Shown here: positions 36,910-48,929 of the stretch, piece after piece
Position numbering within the stretch: the stretch's first letter is position 1
How the letters are laid out: the number at the start of each line of letters is the position of its first letter
Assembly (NCBI GenBank): GCA_958009085.1
Contig: OY253673.1
Coordinates: forward strand, 186,001 to 250,000
Length of the DNA: 64,000 nucleotides
From: Protoeuglena noctilucae
Taxonomy: Eukaryota
Direction of reading: 5' to 3'
Notes under the pieces: generated by a model
The model's database searches: none
Told to the model about the DNA's origin: nothing
The model's input: only the letters and a program-made list of their open reading frames with translations
Made by a program: the position numbers and the translations under genes

Positions 36910-37011
36910 CGTGCCCGGCATGCCGGCGGGCGCTCGATCCCGCAGTTTTCTTTTAGCTCACAATTGAACGCCAAGCACGTCTTGCGCGAATGCCGCGCCG
37001 CGAGGTCTGTC

Positions 37012-38213
37012 TCAGAACACGAGGCCGCCCTCGCGCGCCGCGTCCGCCACCGCCTCCACACGCCCGTGGTACAGGAACCCCCCGCGGTCGTAGGAGACCT
37101 TGGTGATGCCCTTGGCCGCGCAGGCCTCCGCGATCAGCTTCCCTACCGCCTGCGGGCGCGGCGACGGGCGGGGCGCTCTCTAGCGATGCCACACGGCGTC
37201 GACCCACTCTGCCCGACCGGGCGCCGCTCAGAAACTGTGAAAGCTGTTGCCAGAGCATCACCCATGGCGAAACGCCGCGTCAAGGCATCGGAATGGCTGT
37301 ATCCTCTTCGCGGCGCGAGCATCGCCCTGCCGCATTTGGGGCACTCGCCTTGGCGGCGTCCACCGTCGCCCCGTTCTCGGCCTTCATCGCGAGCGTCGAC
37401 GCGGACGCCAGCGTCATGCCCGCCACATCGTCGATGACCTGCGACGGGTGGCGCGGGGAGGTTAGCCGGCACGGGGGCGCAGCCACGCATGCCCGCCACC
37501 CCAGCACGGGTCGCAGACCACCTGGGCGTAAATGTGCTGGTGCGACCGGAACACCGCGAGCCTGGGCCTCTCCGGCGTCCCCGAGACCTTGTTCCGAACG
37601 CGTTTGTGGCGCTTGTCCCTCTTCTCCTGCCGGGTCTGGACCTTGGCCTCCACGACCGCCACGTACCTCCCTGCGCGCGCCGGGGACCCTCCATGGCGCT
37701 CTCCGCGGATGCAGAAGCGCACCATAGCTGATAGAGATGCTCGCGTTTGCAAAGAGACGCTCGTGGAAGGCGGCGGAGAGGGGGGAGGGCCGCACGCCCC
37801 CGACCAGGTGCACAAAACGGCGGACGCAGTCCGAGGTGACGGCCAAGGGGGCGGCCAGGCCAGCCCGCCGCTGTTGAAAACTCGGAGAGCGCGCCTGGCA
37901 TGCAGCCCGGCCCCGCGGGGGCCCCCACAGAGTGGATGACGCGGTGGTGGCTGCCCCCCCCTCGCCCGAACCCAGCGAGCTGAGCACTGGCGGGCAGCGC
38001 CACGAAAATAAAACTCGCGACGTCGAAAGACCACCGCGACGGCCCCCCGGAGCTTCCTCGAGCACGTCCCGAGTCGACCGACCAGGCCGGGGAGGGCGGT
38101 GGCGGCCGCACGAGTCGATTGATTGACCGAGTCTCACCAGTTGAGCTGGCGGCCTGCCGCGTGCTCAGAGCCGCGCCACGGAACGTGGACGAGGCGCTGG
38201 CGAGGCTCTGCAT
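37012..38213 (-). CDS. RPL18: Plastid 50S ribosomal protein L18
   Basis: Transit peptide [55 protein letters not shown]. Confidence 0.96.
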
Positions 38214-38447
38214 CCTTTCCGCCGCCCCCTTTGCGCTGGCCAACCGGCAAATAGGCGGGGAATGCGCGCTGTGAGTGGACGCGGGACTGCCTGCGGGTTT
38301 CAGGTTGAGTCGACACACTCGCTTCTGACATGGCGAGTCGCCTGCTTGCTCCTCCGTTGGGGCGATGGGCCGGCGCGATGGATTGTTTCGCGCCAGCGAC
38401 GAGGAGACACGAGCCCATCGCGGAGCCGGCGCACCAATCGTGGCCAC

Positions 38448-40911
38448 ATGGGCTCCGCGACGGTTGCAGCTTCAGCGGATAGAATGGTCCCGGGTGCCCG
38501 CAGCCTGACCTTCCAAGCCGCGCGAAGGATTGGGGTCCGTGCACATGCATCGCTCATCAGGTGCTGAGAATGGCTGGAGGGCGGGTCCCGGCCGCGGCGC
38601 GCCCGTCTCGGGCTCCAAGTCCGTGCGGCCACTTCGACGCAGGCAAATTCGAGGGGACGTCGCGACCAAGCGCTGCACGGCGCTGGAGACGACGGAACAG
38701 TGCCTAGCGCAGCTGAAGCAGGACGAGCTGCTCATCCGCGCGTTCATCTCTGTCCACCCAGGTGGGCCAGGGACCGGTCATGCAGCCCTACAGCCGCCAG
38801 GGCTCCCGTGGTGGTTCAGCGACGAGAGTATCTTCCTTCTGGTCCCGCAGAGAAGGCCAGGGAGCAGGCTCGGCAGGTGGATGCCGCGGTACAGCGGGGA
38901 GAGGGGGTGGGACCGCTGGCGGGGGTCCCCATTGCCGTCAAGGACAACATATGCACGCGGGACATGCAAACAACGGCGGGGTCCAAGGCGAGTGGCTAAG
39001 TTCATGCTTCATGTGCAAGCTGCACCTCCCTCGGCGCACCCCCGAGCATCACGCGTCCTGACGTATCCTACATCAGGTCGAGCAGTCATGCACTGGCATC
39101 ACTGCAGGTGTTGGAGGGGTACGTGCCACCATACGACGCGACGGTCGTGCGAAAACTGCGCGAGGCGGGCGCGGTGATCGTGGGGAAGACCAACATGGAT
39201 GAGTTTGGCATGGGGTCCAGCACTGAGGCTTCAGCGTTCCATCCAACCAAGGCAAGGGACTGCGAGGGGCCGCTCAAGCATTGCTGCCGGCGAGCGCCGC
39301 TGCATGTGCTCGCGTTGAGGACGAGAGAGCGCACCACGCAGCGCATTGCGCTGCCCGCCCTGGCCGTGAATGCGACAGCCCCTCGTGGTCGGCCCTGTCT
39401 GCAGAACCCACGCAGCACGGGGCGCGTGCCAGGGGGTTCGTCCGGGGGTTCGGCTGCGGCCGTGGCCGCCTCCTTCGTGCCCGCCGCCCTGGGGTCCGAC
39501 ACGGGGGGGTCCATACGGCAGCCTGCGTCCTTCTGTGGGGTCGTGGGCATCAAGCCCACCTACGGCCTCGTGTCCCGCCACGGCCTCATCGCCTATGCCT
39601 CGTCCCTGGACACCATAGGTCCCATGGCGCGAACCGTAGAGGACGCTGCCCTGCTTCTTGACGTCATCGCCGGGTGAGTGGGGCTGCGGAGGTCGGGAGT
39701 TGGGTGCAAGCAGGGACGTGTGCAGCTGCACGCGGGCCGTCCATTAGACCTTCTCATGTATATGTATGCCGCGGACAACGCAGCTCGGCGTACTGCTCTT
39801 CGCAGGTCGGACCCATACGACGCGACCTCCGCGTCTGGGAGCCGCAGCCCGGGCCTGGCCGCCGCCTGCCGCAAGGCAGAGGAGCTGTCCAGCCAGCCGC
39901 TGCAGGGCATGCGATTCGGTCTCGTCACGGAGACGATGGGGGAGGGCGTGGACGAGGGCGTGCAGGATGCGATCAGGTGCCCACACGTCGACCAACCCCG
40001 CCTTCACATACTGTCCTCATGATAAGCGTGCCCACGCCCATCTTATGCACTATGACGAGGTGGATGGTTCCCCGCGCAGGAAAGCCGCCGAGCATTTCGA
40101 GTCCCTGGGTGCGTCCGTGGAGGAGGTGTCTCTCCCGACCTTCGCCATGGGCCTCCCCGCGTACTACGTCATCGCCTCGTCTGAGGCCAGCAGCAACCTC
40201 GCGCGGTACGACGGCGTGCGATACGGCCTCCGGACGGACGCGGCGGACCTCGCCCAGGTGCAGCTTGTTGCAAAGACGTGTGCCCGATGCAACCGCCGTT
40301 CTCACTTCGTGCGGGTGTCTGCAGTGAATGCTTCGCTTCCTTGTGCCGCAGATGTACGGCGCGACGCGGTCGGACGGCCTGGGCGCCGAGGTCAAGCGCC
40401 GCATCCTCATGGGCACCTACGCGCTGTCTGCGGGGTACTACGACGCATACTACAAGCGCGCCCAGCAGGTGCGCACCCTGGTGCAGAGGGAGATGGAGTC
40501 GTCCCTCGGCACGTTCGATGCCCTACTCATGCCCAGTGCCCCGACGGTGGCGTACAAGTCTGGCGAGAAGACGGCCGACCCGCTGGCCATGTACAAAGGC
40601 GACGTCATGACCGTCAACGTCAACCTCGCCGGCCTCCCGGCGATCTCAGGCGAGTCGGAGTCTCCCTTGGCAATGCCAGGGACCCGGGCACCCGCGGGTG
40701 GTGCTTGGCTGTGGCTGGCACACGGCCCGAGCTGGCCCACACCCTCACTCCTGCAGTGCCGTGCGGATTCGTGGACTGCCCCGGGGAGTCCGAGCCCCTG
40801 CCCGTGGGGCTCCAAATCGTGGGGCGCGCGTTCGGGGAGGCGGCCATTGTGGGCATCGCGGATGCTTACCAGAAGACAGCCACCTTCGCCTACGATAGCC
40901 TACTTCGCTGA
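38448..40911 (+). CDS. gatA: Organellar Glu-tRNA(Gln) amidotransferase subunit A
   Basis: [92 protein letters not shown]. Confidence 0.97.
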
Positions 40912-40987
40912 AGCAGTCGCGAGAGCGCGTTTTCAACAGATCCCAGGAACCCCATGCCCGATACCATGCCACCGCCGACGCATGCGC

Positions 40988-43120
40988 CTATGCGACCATG
41001 ATGTTGTAGGACACGTAGGGGTAGATCTCATCGTTGGCCATGAGGCCCGCCCGCGCGTCCTCCGGCGTCGCGGCCCAGAGAGACGCCGAAGAGCGACCGA
41101 AATCGCTGGCCAGCACCGCCCGCACCTTGGCCTGCAACCGGGGGTGACGATGGGGTGACCGTCGCTCGCCCTCACTGGTAGCTGTGAGCGTGCCGCTCTC
41201 GCGCAGGCAGCAACCAGCGCTGAGCAAGAGGGACGGAACGGCGGCCGCCAGGTGTCGAGCACAAACAGAGCCCCATGACGCGACAGCTCTATGCAGACCC
41301 TCGCGCGCACCTCGGCCTTGTCGACCGGCTTGAGCACGGCTGCCTGGTACTGGGGCGGGAGGCCGTAGCGCAGGATGCTCTCGACGAAGACGCGGATCAT
41401 GAGGAGGTGCATGAAGCCCGAGAAGCACTCGGTGAAGGCCGAGGAGAGCCACTGCCGCAGGGACTGCTGCTTGTCGAGCATCTGCGACTGCAGGGTCTCG
41501 GGCGAGCGCTGGTCCTCCCCCTCCACGGGGGGCTTGTACTCGCGGACCTGCAGGCCCTTGGCGCGAGCCTTAATCTTGAAATCCTCCGCGATGCGCTTGA
41601 AGACCGTGACCTGGGGCCAGGGGCGACGGGCGGTAGGTGACGCCCGACAGCTAGCCAAGGCTGGCGTGGGAGAGCCATGACGGGGCAGGGCGGACGCAGC
41701 GGAGCGGGCGCGCGGTCGGGCGGTGCGATGCAATCGCACGGACCTGGTACAGCGAGTAGTCGTTGTCACTGGCGATGAGCTTGGAGCTCCCGGGGACCAC
41801 TCCGCTGCGAGCGAGGGGCGAGGTGCGGATGTCAGGGATCACGACAAGTGCAAAGATGCTTCTGCTTTGCTGTCAGGAACCCGACAGCCCTCGTCGCGCC
41901 TTGCCTGAACCGCTCAGAACCCCGCCCCAGAGACGCATCCACCAACTTGGTGTACGTGTGCAGGAACTGCGGGGGTCACCGGGAACCACGCATTGCAAAT
42001 CCCGCCCTGCATGTCGCCGAGCAGGGGCGCACGCAGCTCCCACCGCACCTCCTGCACGCTGTACTTGGCCACCACCACGTAGAGTGCCTGCAGGTTCTCC
42101 GTGTCCACGTGCGGCCTCCGGTGCTCCTGCGGAGAGAGCAGCCGGCGCTGAATGAACTTTCCACGGCCCGTTGCGCCCATCCCCTGCGTCGGTTCCTCCA
42201 CACTCGCCTCGAGGATGGTGTGCAGGTCCTTCACGACCAGCGACCCCTGGTGCTTGCGCGTGATCGCTGACAAGCTGCCTTTGAGCGAGTTGTACTGCGC
42301 GGGGGATCAGAGGCGGGTCCCGTCGCGCGGTGCGGCCCGACACTGCGTTGGCGCGGCTTCCAACCCGGCTCCCCTCGCGCACCTCCGCCATCTGCGCCTT
42401 CAGGTCATCCTCGAGCTTGGTGACTTCCTCCACGATCTTGTCCACAATCTCCCGGAGGTTCTTGCGCGGCGAGTAACGCGCCTCGTTCCACTGGAAGCCG
42501 CGGACAAACTCCTCCGTGGAGTTCCCGTCCACCTGCGAAACACGGAATCAGGGCGACGCAGATGGAAAATATATGTCGCGGACACGGGACGCCAGCGGAG
42601 AGCCGGCCGAGGCGGCACCGCATCGGCGCGCACGCCGCCCTGGCTCCCGAATCCACGCGGTCGGCCCACCCCTCCCGCCAGCCCGCACCGTCACGGCATC
42701 CTCCTCGCCATCCGGACTCAGGTCGATGAGCGTCCGTCGCATCTTCATCACCGCGCTCTCCACCGCCGCTGCGGGCGTCGCATAGGGGGGAGTTCAGGCT
42801 GTCCGTGTGCCGCGCTGCCTCCGCGCATCACGCGTGACAGCCAGTGCTTTGAGCCTACCAACGACGACTTCCGCCGGGGCGCCTGTACGATCGAAGGGTC
42901 TGCTGGGCGCCGGAGGAGGGCCCAGGGTGCGCTTCTCACCGTTAATCTTGACGAGGTCATCGGACAGCCCCAGCAGGGAGTCCAGCGTCCCGATCTTGAG
43001 GGTGGGCAGGTTGATGCTGGAGACATCGGCCAGGTTCTGGAACTTGAGCTTGCTCTGCAGCAAGTTGCGTGTGTGCCCCTGCGACTCCACCAGCGGCACG
43101 GACACGACCCAGTACACCAT
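40988..43120 (-). CDS. VHA-C: V-type H+-ATPase subunit C
   Basis: [71 protein letters not shown]. Confidence 0.96.
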
Positions 43121-43602
43121 CCCGGCGCCTCCGGATCCCCCTCGCGCAGCTGCCCTTGTCGCGCCCCCGAGTCCCGCTGCAGGGAGTGCCCGTGGCTCTT
43201 GGGAGAAAGAACTACGCACGCTTCGCCGGGACAGACGCCTGACTCGACCTTGCCGCGCACAGGTTCTCCAGACACCGCGTGCTTTGCGTCGCAAGGGCGG
43301 CGAGGCGCGGTCATTTGGGCCGAGGGCAGGCACTTTCTCTGGCAAGAGGGCTTCCCCAGCTCTTCCCCCCCGCCCCATCCGAAGCCCTCCTGCGATCACC
43401 GCGACATTCATCGGGTAACGGCCCTCCCGATTCGCAGTCTGCGGCTGAGACGCGCGCAGTCTCCTCGGGCAGGCCCGGGCAGCGCACCCTCCGCGCATCG
43501 GGGGCGCACGGCGCCTCTCTGCGGTTGTTTCAGGACCGCGTGTGACGCTGGGCTTGCGGGCATCGGGCCAGGGTCGGCAGGGGGGTCGAATTATCCCTCG
43601 AG

Positions 43603-46600
43603 ATGAAGTTCGGCAAGCGCCTGGCCGCCGAGGCCAATCGCAGGGCCGAGTGGAGCGAGTCTTTCGTCGACTACAAGCGGCTGAAAAAGGCCACCAAGCT
43701 GGATATCGGCGAAGCAGGCGAGGGCGACGCGCGAGCTTTTTTGACTTGGGAACCTTGCGAGCAGCCGGCCGCGGCTCGGAAGGGGACGCAGCGGGCGCTA
43801 TTTTAGCGATTGCCCGCAAGGGCCATGGACGCGCGTCGAGGATACCCCGGTCCCGCTTTGGATTCCGCCCGCCACCCCCCCTGCCTGCGCCTGCCGTCGC
43901 CCCGCGCGCCTGCAGCCCAGCCGGCGCGGCCCGGCCTTTGCGACCCCGTTTCGAATGCCTGGATCGCATGTGCGGCAGGACGGCCGCCGGCCTCCGCACG
44001 GGGGGGGCAGAGGAGGGCAACAACCAGCCGCGCCCGGTGGCATCCGAATGTCGCCCCGCCGACGACGGCGTCGCCGCCCTCCTCCGCAGACCTGTCGGGT
44101 AGCCTCTTCAATGCCGCCCTGGATGAGGAGATGGAGCGCGTGTCGCGCTTCTTCAAGCAGCGGGAGCTCGACCTCCAGGTGCCCCCTTGCCCGCGGAATC
44201 CGCGCCGTGGCGCCACCGGACCCTCCGCCGCGTCGCGTACGGCTTCCTTGCTTCCTCCTCGCGGCCTCGGCGATGGACGCCCCCCTATATCTCCGGCTGC
44301 CGCGCCGGGCCCGCGGGCTCTGCGCACAACGCCTCCTGGCCCCGCGCGACGCTGAGCGCGCGACGCCCCTGCCCCGAGCGCAGGCGCAACTGCAGCGGGC
44401 ACGGAACGACAGGAATCAGGTGCAGAAGTTCACCGCCGACCTGCACGACACGCGCAAGTTCGTGATGCTCAACTACATTGCCGTCGTCAAGGCCCTGAAG
44501 AAGCGCAACAGGCGAGCATTTGCGGCCGACATTGACGGGCGGAAGATTATCAAGCAGCCCGCTCCTGCTTGCCTGGCGCCCGCGCGCCGCGTCCGCGGGA
44601 AACGCGAGATGCCTCCCGAGTGCGAGGCGGCGGGAGGAGCGCCGTTGCGCGCCGCGCGCGAGGGCCGCCCCGCCGCGCCCGCAGGCTCATGGAGGAGGCG
44701 TTCGGTTCCCGCGTGGAGGCGGTGGACCCCATCAGCGTCCTGTCGCAGCAGCACTTCTTCACGAGCACCGTCCTCGCCCAGCTCTCGACCCAGGCCGAGG
44801 TGCTCTCCCGGGACGCCCTGCCCGACTGGAAGCTGCAGCAGCTGGGCATCCTCGACGAGTTCACGTGCCCCGTGTGCCTGGGCGTCCTCCACGACCCCGT
44901 GATCCTCTCGTGCGCCCACCGCTTCTGCTGGGGCTGCGTCGTGGCCCACTGCGCCAACCAGATGATCACGCGGCAGAAGGCCCAGGCGACCCAGGGCGGC
45001 GAGGTGCAGAAGGAGGTCAACGTCGGCAAGGCGAGCGACCGGCCCCGCGCCCCGCCGGGCACCCCAAGCGGGTTTCAACTCAAGCGTGTGCGTGTGCCAA
45101 CTTCCGCTGCCCCATACCCTACCGACCCTGCACCCGCCGCCGCATTTCCTGCAGAACCCCGAGTCCAAGGGTACCACGCGGGTGCCCGAGTCGCCCAACT
45201 CGCACCCGCACCCGTCCGCCACGCCCCCGGCGGTGTCGCCTCGCCTGGGCCCTGCGCATGGCGGCCAGGCCAACACGTTCGACTGCCCGGTCTGCCGGAA
45301 GCCGCAGATCGTGGACGACGCGGGCCTGCAGGTGGACGAGGAGCTGAGGTGAGCGGGGCTGCGAGGGGCGGGGCACGCGCGAGGGGTGCACGACAGACTG
45401 CCCCATGTCCCTCTCCTCACGTGCTGCCCTGCGACGGACCCCTCCCGCCCCCCGCCCACAGCCGCTTCGTGGAGCGCCTGCAGAACCTGCGGCTGACGCA
45501 GACGGGGCAGTCGGTGCCGGGCGCCGGCGCGGCGGACCGTTCGCGCGACATGCTGGAGAGCATGGTGTCGTCGCACGCGGCCCTGGTGGACACGCTGCGG
45601 GACCTGGTGGTGCCGCACCCCTCGCACTGGCTCTCCGAGGTGCAGTCGACGGCGCAGGGCGAGGCGGACCCGGGCGAGAGCGGGGAGAAGCCGGCGGGGG
45701 CCGCCATCACGATGGGCATCCGCCCGGCCCCGGCAGAGGAGCGCGGCGCGAACGGGGCGGCCGACGTGCAGCGGCCCCGGAGGGGGACGCTGGGCGCGCC
45801 CGCCACCGTGTCGGACGCGCTGCGGGTGCAGGGCCTGCACGGCCCCGAGGGCGGCGACAAGGAGAAGTACGGCGCGCAGGTGGACCGGCTGGGCGCGGAG
45901 CAGGCGCTGCTGCCCGAGCAGCGCCCGGAGCACCGCGGCAAGCTGACGGTCGTGCTCGACCTGGACGGCACCCTCGTGAGCACCTACACGGTCAAGCGCG
46001 CGCCGGCCGTGCCCCGGGGGTACCTGCGGGCGTACGTGGTGGGCAAGGGCGGCCCCCTCAACACCGACGGCGTCTTCGTCGTCGAGCGCCCGGGGTTACG
46101 CGAGTTCCTGACGTCCCTCTCCCAGGCGCGTCACGCCCGGCGCTTGCAGTGCCTCGGAGCGTCGCGCCACGTCGCCCGCAGCCCACCGTCTCCCCCTCCC
46201 CCTCGCTCCGCAGGTGGCCGAGGTGGTGCTCTTCACGGCCGGCCTGGAGGACTACGCCAAGCCCATCGTGGGTGCCCTGGACCCGGACGGCACCCTCTTC
46301 ACGGCGTGCCTGTACCGCCCGGCCACGGTCGAGTCGAAGTATTACCAGTGCGTCAAGGACCTCAGCCGGCTGGGGCGGAACCTGGCGCGCACAGTGCTGG
46401 TGGACGACACCCCTTTGGCGTTCCTCAACCAGCCCCACAACGGCATCCCGGTCTTCTCCTTCAAGGGCGATGTGGACGACCGCCTCCTGGGCGAGGCCAT
46501 CCTGCCCCTGATCTGGAACCTCTCCCGGCAGCAGGACGTCCGCCACGCCCTGCGCCGGCGCTTCCAGATGGGCCGGTGGTTCCTCTCCAACGGATTCGAC

Positions 46601-48482
46601 CTCAACAGCCTCGGCATCAGCCTCGAGCTCCCCGAGCCGCCCGCCCACGGTGCGAGACTGTTGTTGGGCCCTGCCCTATCCTATCCTGTCTTGCGCAAAT
46701 TTCGTCGCAGCCGCGTACCGGGCGGAGTGGCTGCCCCACCTGCCCCTCGCTCCAGCCACAATAAGACCTGACTCCGCACCGACCCACCCCCGCAGCGGTG
46801 TCCGTGAGCAAGCCCTCTGCGCTGGTGGAGCCCTCGACGATGACGCGCGACGCCCACGGCCCCGCGGACACCGAGTCGGCGGCGACGACGGCGACGGCGG
46901 CGGGGACGTCCAAGGCGGGCGACGACGCCACGGCCCCCGCGGCCCACGTGGATGCCGACGCGGACGGGGCCTTCGACATGGACGAGGACCTGGAGGTGAG
47001 CGATGCGGCGGTGGTTGCTGCGCTCTTCTATGGCAGTTCCGGATGCATCGCCGGGGGTAGGCAGGCGCACGGTTGCGCCCGTGTGTGGGTCGCGCCATGC
47101 TCTTCGGGACCCGCCCCCGCCACGCTGCTTCTTTGCAGGTCGAGGGCGGCCAGAGCGAGCCTCGCCTGCACCGCTCCAAGATCCAGCGCCTGGCGGACGC
47201 GCGGGCGGACCGGTCGGGCACGGGGACCTCCGCGTCCCACGCCGCGCCCCCGCTGCTCGTCTGCGACTTCGACCAGACGCTGCTCGACTACGACTCGCTG
47301 GGCCGCCTCATCGGCCTGCTGGCCCCCGACCTCCTGCGGATGTGGATGTCGGTCAAGCAGCCGCAGAACTTCATCCCGATGACCAACTCCATCTTCGGGG
47401 CCTTCCAGCGCCGGGGCATCTCGGCCCACACCATCGAGCACACGCTGCGCAAGATGGGCCGCATCGAGTTCCCCCGGGAGTCCGCCGAGCTGATCCGGGA
47501 CGCCGCCAGCCGCGGGTGCAAGGTCTTTGTGCTGTCCGACTGCAACGACTGGCTCATCGAGCTCATCCTCGCGGCGGCGGACGTCATGCCGCACGTGACC
47601 CAGGTCATCACCAACACGGCGCTCTTCACCCACGCCTCCCACCTGGACGACACCACGCCGCCCACCGGGGGCGCCCCGCGCGACATGGCCGACCCCGCCC
47701 TGCGCCTCGCCGTGTTCCCGAGGCACCCCTGGGACAAGCCGCCCCACGGCTGCCCCTACTGCCCCGCCAACCTCTGCAAGGGCGCCGAGCTGTCGGCCCT
47801 GCGCGCCGCCTTCCCGGGCTCGCCCGTCGTCTACTGCGGCGACGGCGCCAACGACTACTGCCCCAGCCTGCGCCTGGGCGACGGCGACGCAGTGCTCGCG
47901 CGCAAGGGTTTCGCGCTGGACCGCCTCATCCAGCAGAGCCTGGGGGACGCCGTCTGCAAGGGTACGGCCCTGGGCGGCCTGGGCCCCTTCCACGCGGACA
48001 TGCGCTCCTGGTCGGACCACGAGGACCTCCGGAGCCAAGTGGGCGACCTCGTCGACGCCTGGGTGGCCGAGGTGAGCTCGGGGAGACCTGGCGAGTGCGG
48101 CGCTGGGCCGGGGGCGTGACTGCGTGGTGGCGGGCCCAGACGTAGCCCAGTGCATTGCCTTCACTGTCTCCGATGTTGGGGCGCTGGTGTGCAATATTGA
48201 GCCGTGATTAGTACCGGCGACCTGAGACCCCACCCTTTCGACCCTCGTTCCGCTCCCTGTGACGTGCAGGGGGAGAAGCGCAAGTCCCGCATCTCGGCCC
48301 AGAGCCAGAACCTGACCGCCGGCAACCAGCTGCCCGCGCACGCCCCCCGCGGCATGTCGCCCGTGGCGTCCCGGGGCGACCTGCAGGGCATGAGCGTCGG
48401 CAGCACCCCTGGGTTTGGCACCGTAGACGAGTCGGTCGCACCAGGCCGCGTGGCAGAGGCAGTGGTCGCCAGCGCCGAGTGA
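43603..48482 (+). CDS. SPX-RING-SCP/NIF HAD phosphatase-PHOSPHO1/PECP-type HAD phosphatase multidomain protein (~1105 aa, 10 exons)
   Basis: Exons 43603-43717, 44090-44178, 44384-44511, 44685-45030, 45155-45348, 45462-46125, 46214-46649, 46796-46995, 47139-48071 and 48270-48482 sum to 3318 nt and join in frame. Motifs: MKFGKRL/DYKRLKK/NYIAVVKALKK; CPVC..CAHRFCWGC..CPVCR; DLDGTLV..RPGL..VKDLSRLGR..LVDD; DFDQTL..LSDCN..NLCKG..GDGAND. Confidence 0.85.
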
Positions 48483-48929
48483 CGGGCCGCACGCGGTCTC
48501 ACTAGCCTTTGCTCTATCGTGTTCACGCCGCCCCCGCGGCCCCCCCTGTTGCCCACCTATTCCTCCCAAGTTGCCCCTCCACGCCGGCCCTCCACGCCGC
48601 CCCTCTGCGCGACCCCCGCGGCGAGTGGCGGCTCAACCCGTCTGCCCCGCCATTCGGCGATTTTTCGACCGGACTGCCGGCCCGCGGCGCCCGGGGCTGC
48701 GTGGCCTGGGCAGTGATCGCCTGCCCTGCCCTGCACAGACCGGTGCATCGATCCCCTGGGCACCGCTACGGGCATGCTCGCCCGCCTACCCTTCCCGGAA
48801 TCACGACTTTGAAGACACAGGCAACGAACGAAGCACCGGCAACAGAGCTTGAGCAACCCATGAGCCCCGGCAATTGAGCACGCCCCATTCAGCACGCTCC
48901 CTCCATCGGCCTTGTCCACTCGTGGCGTT

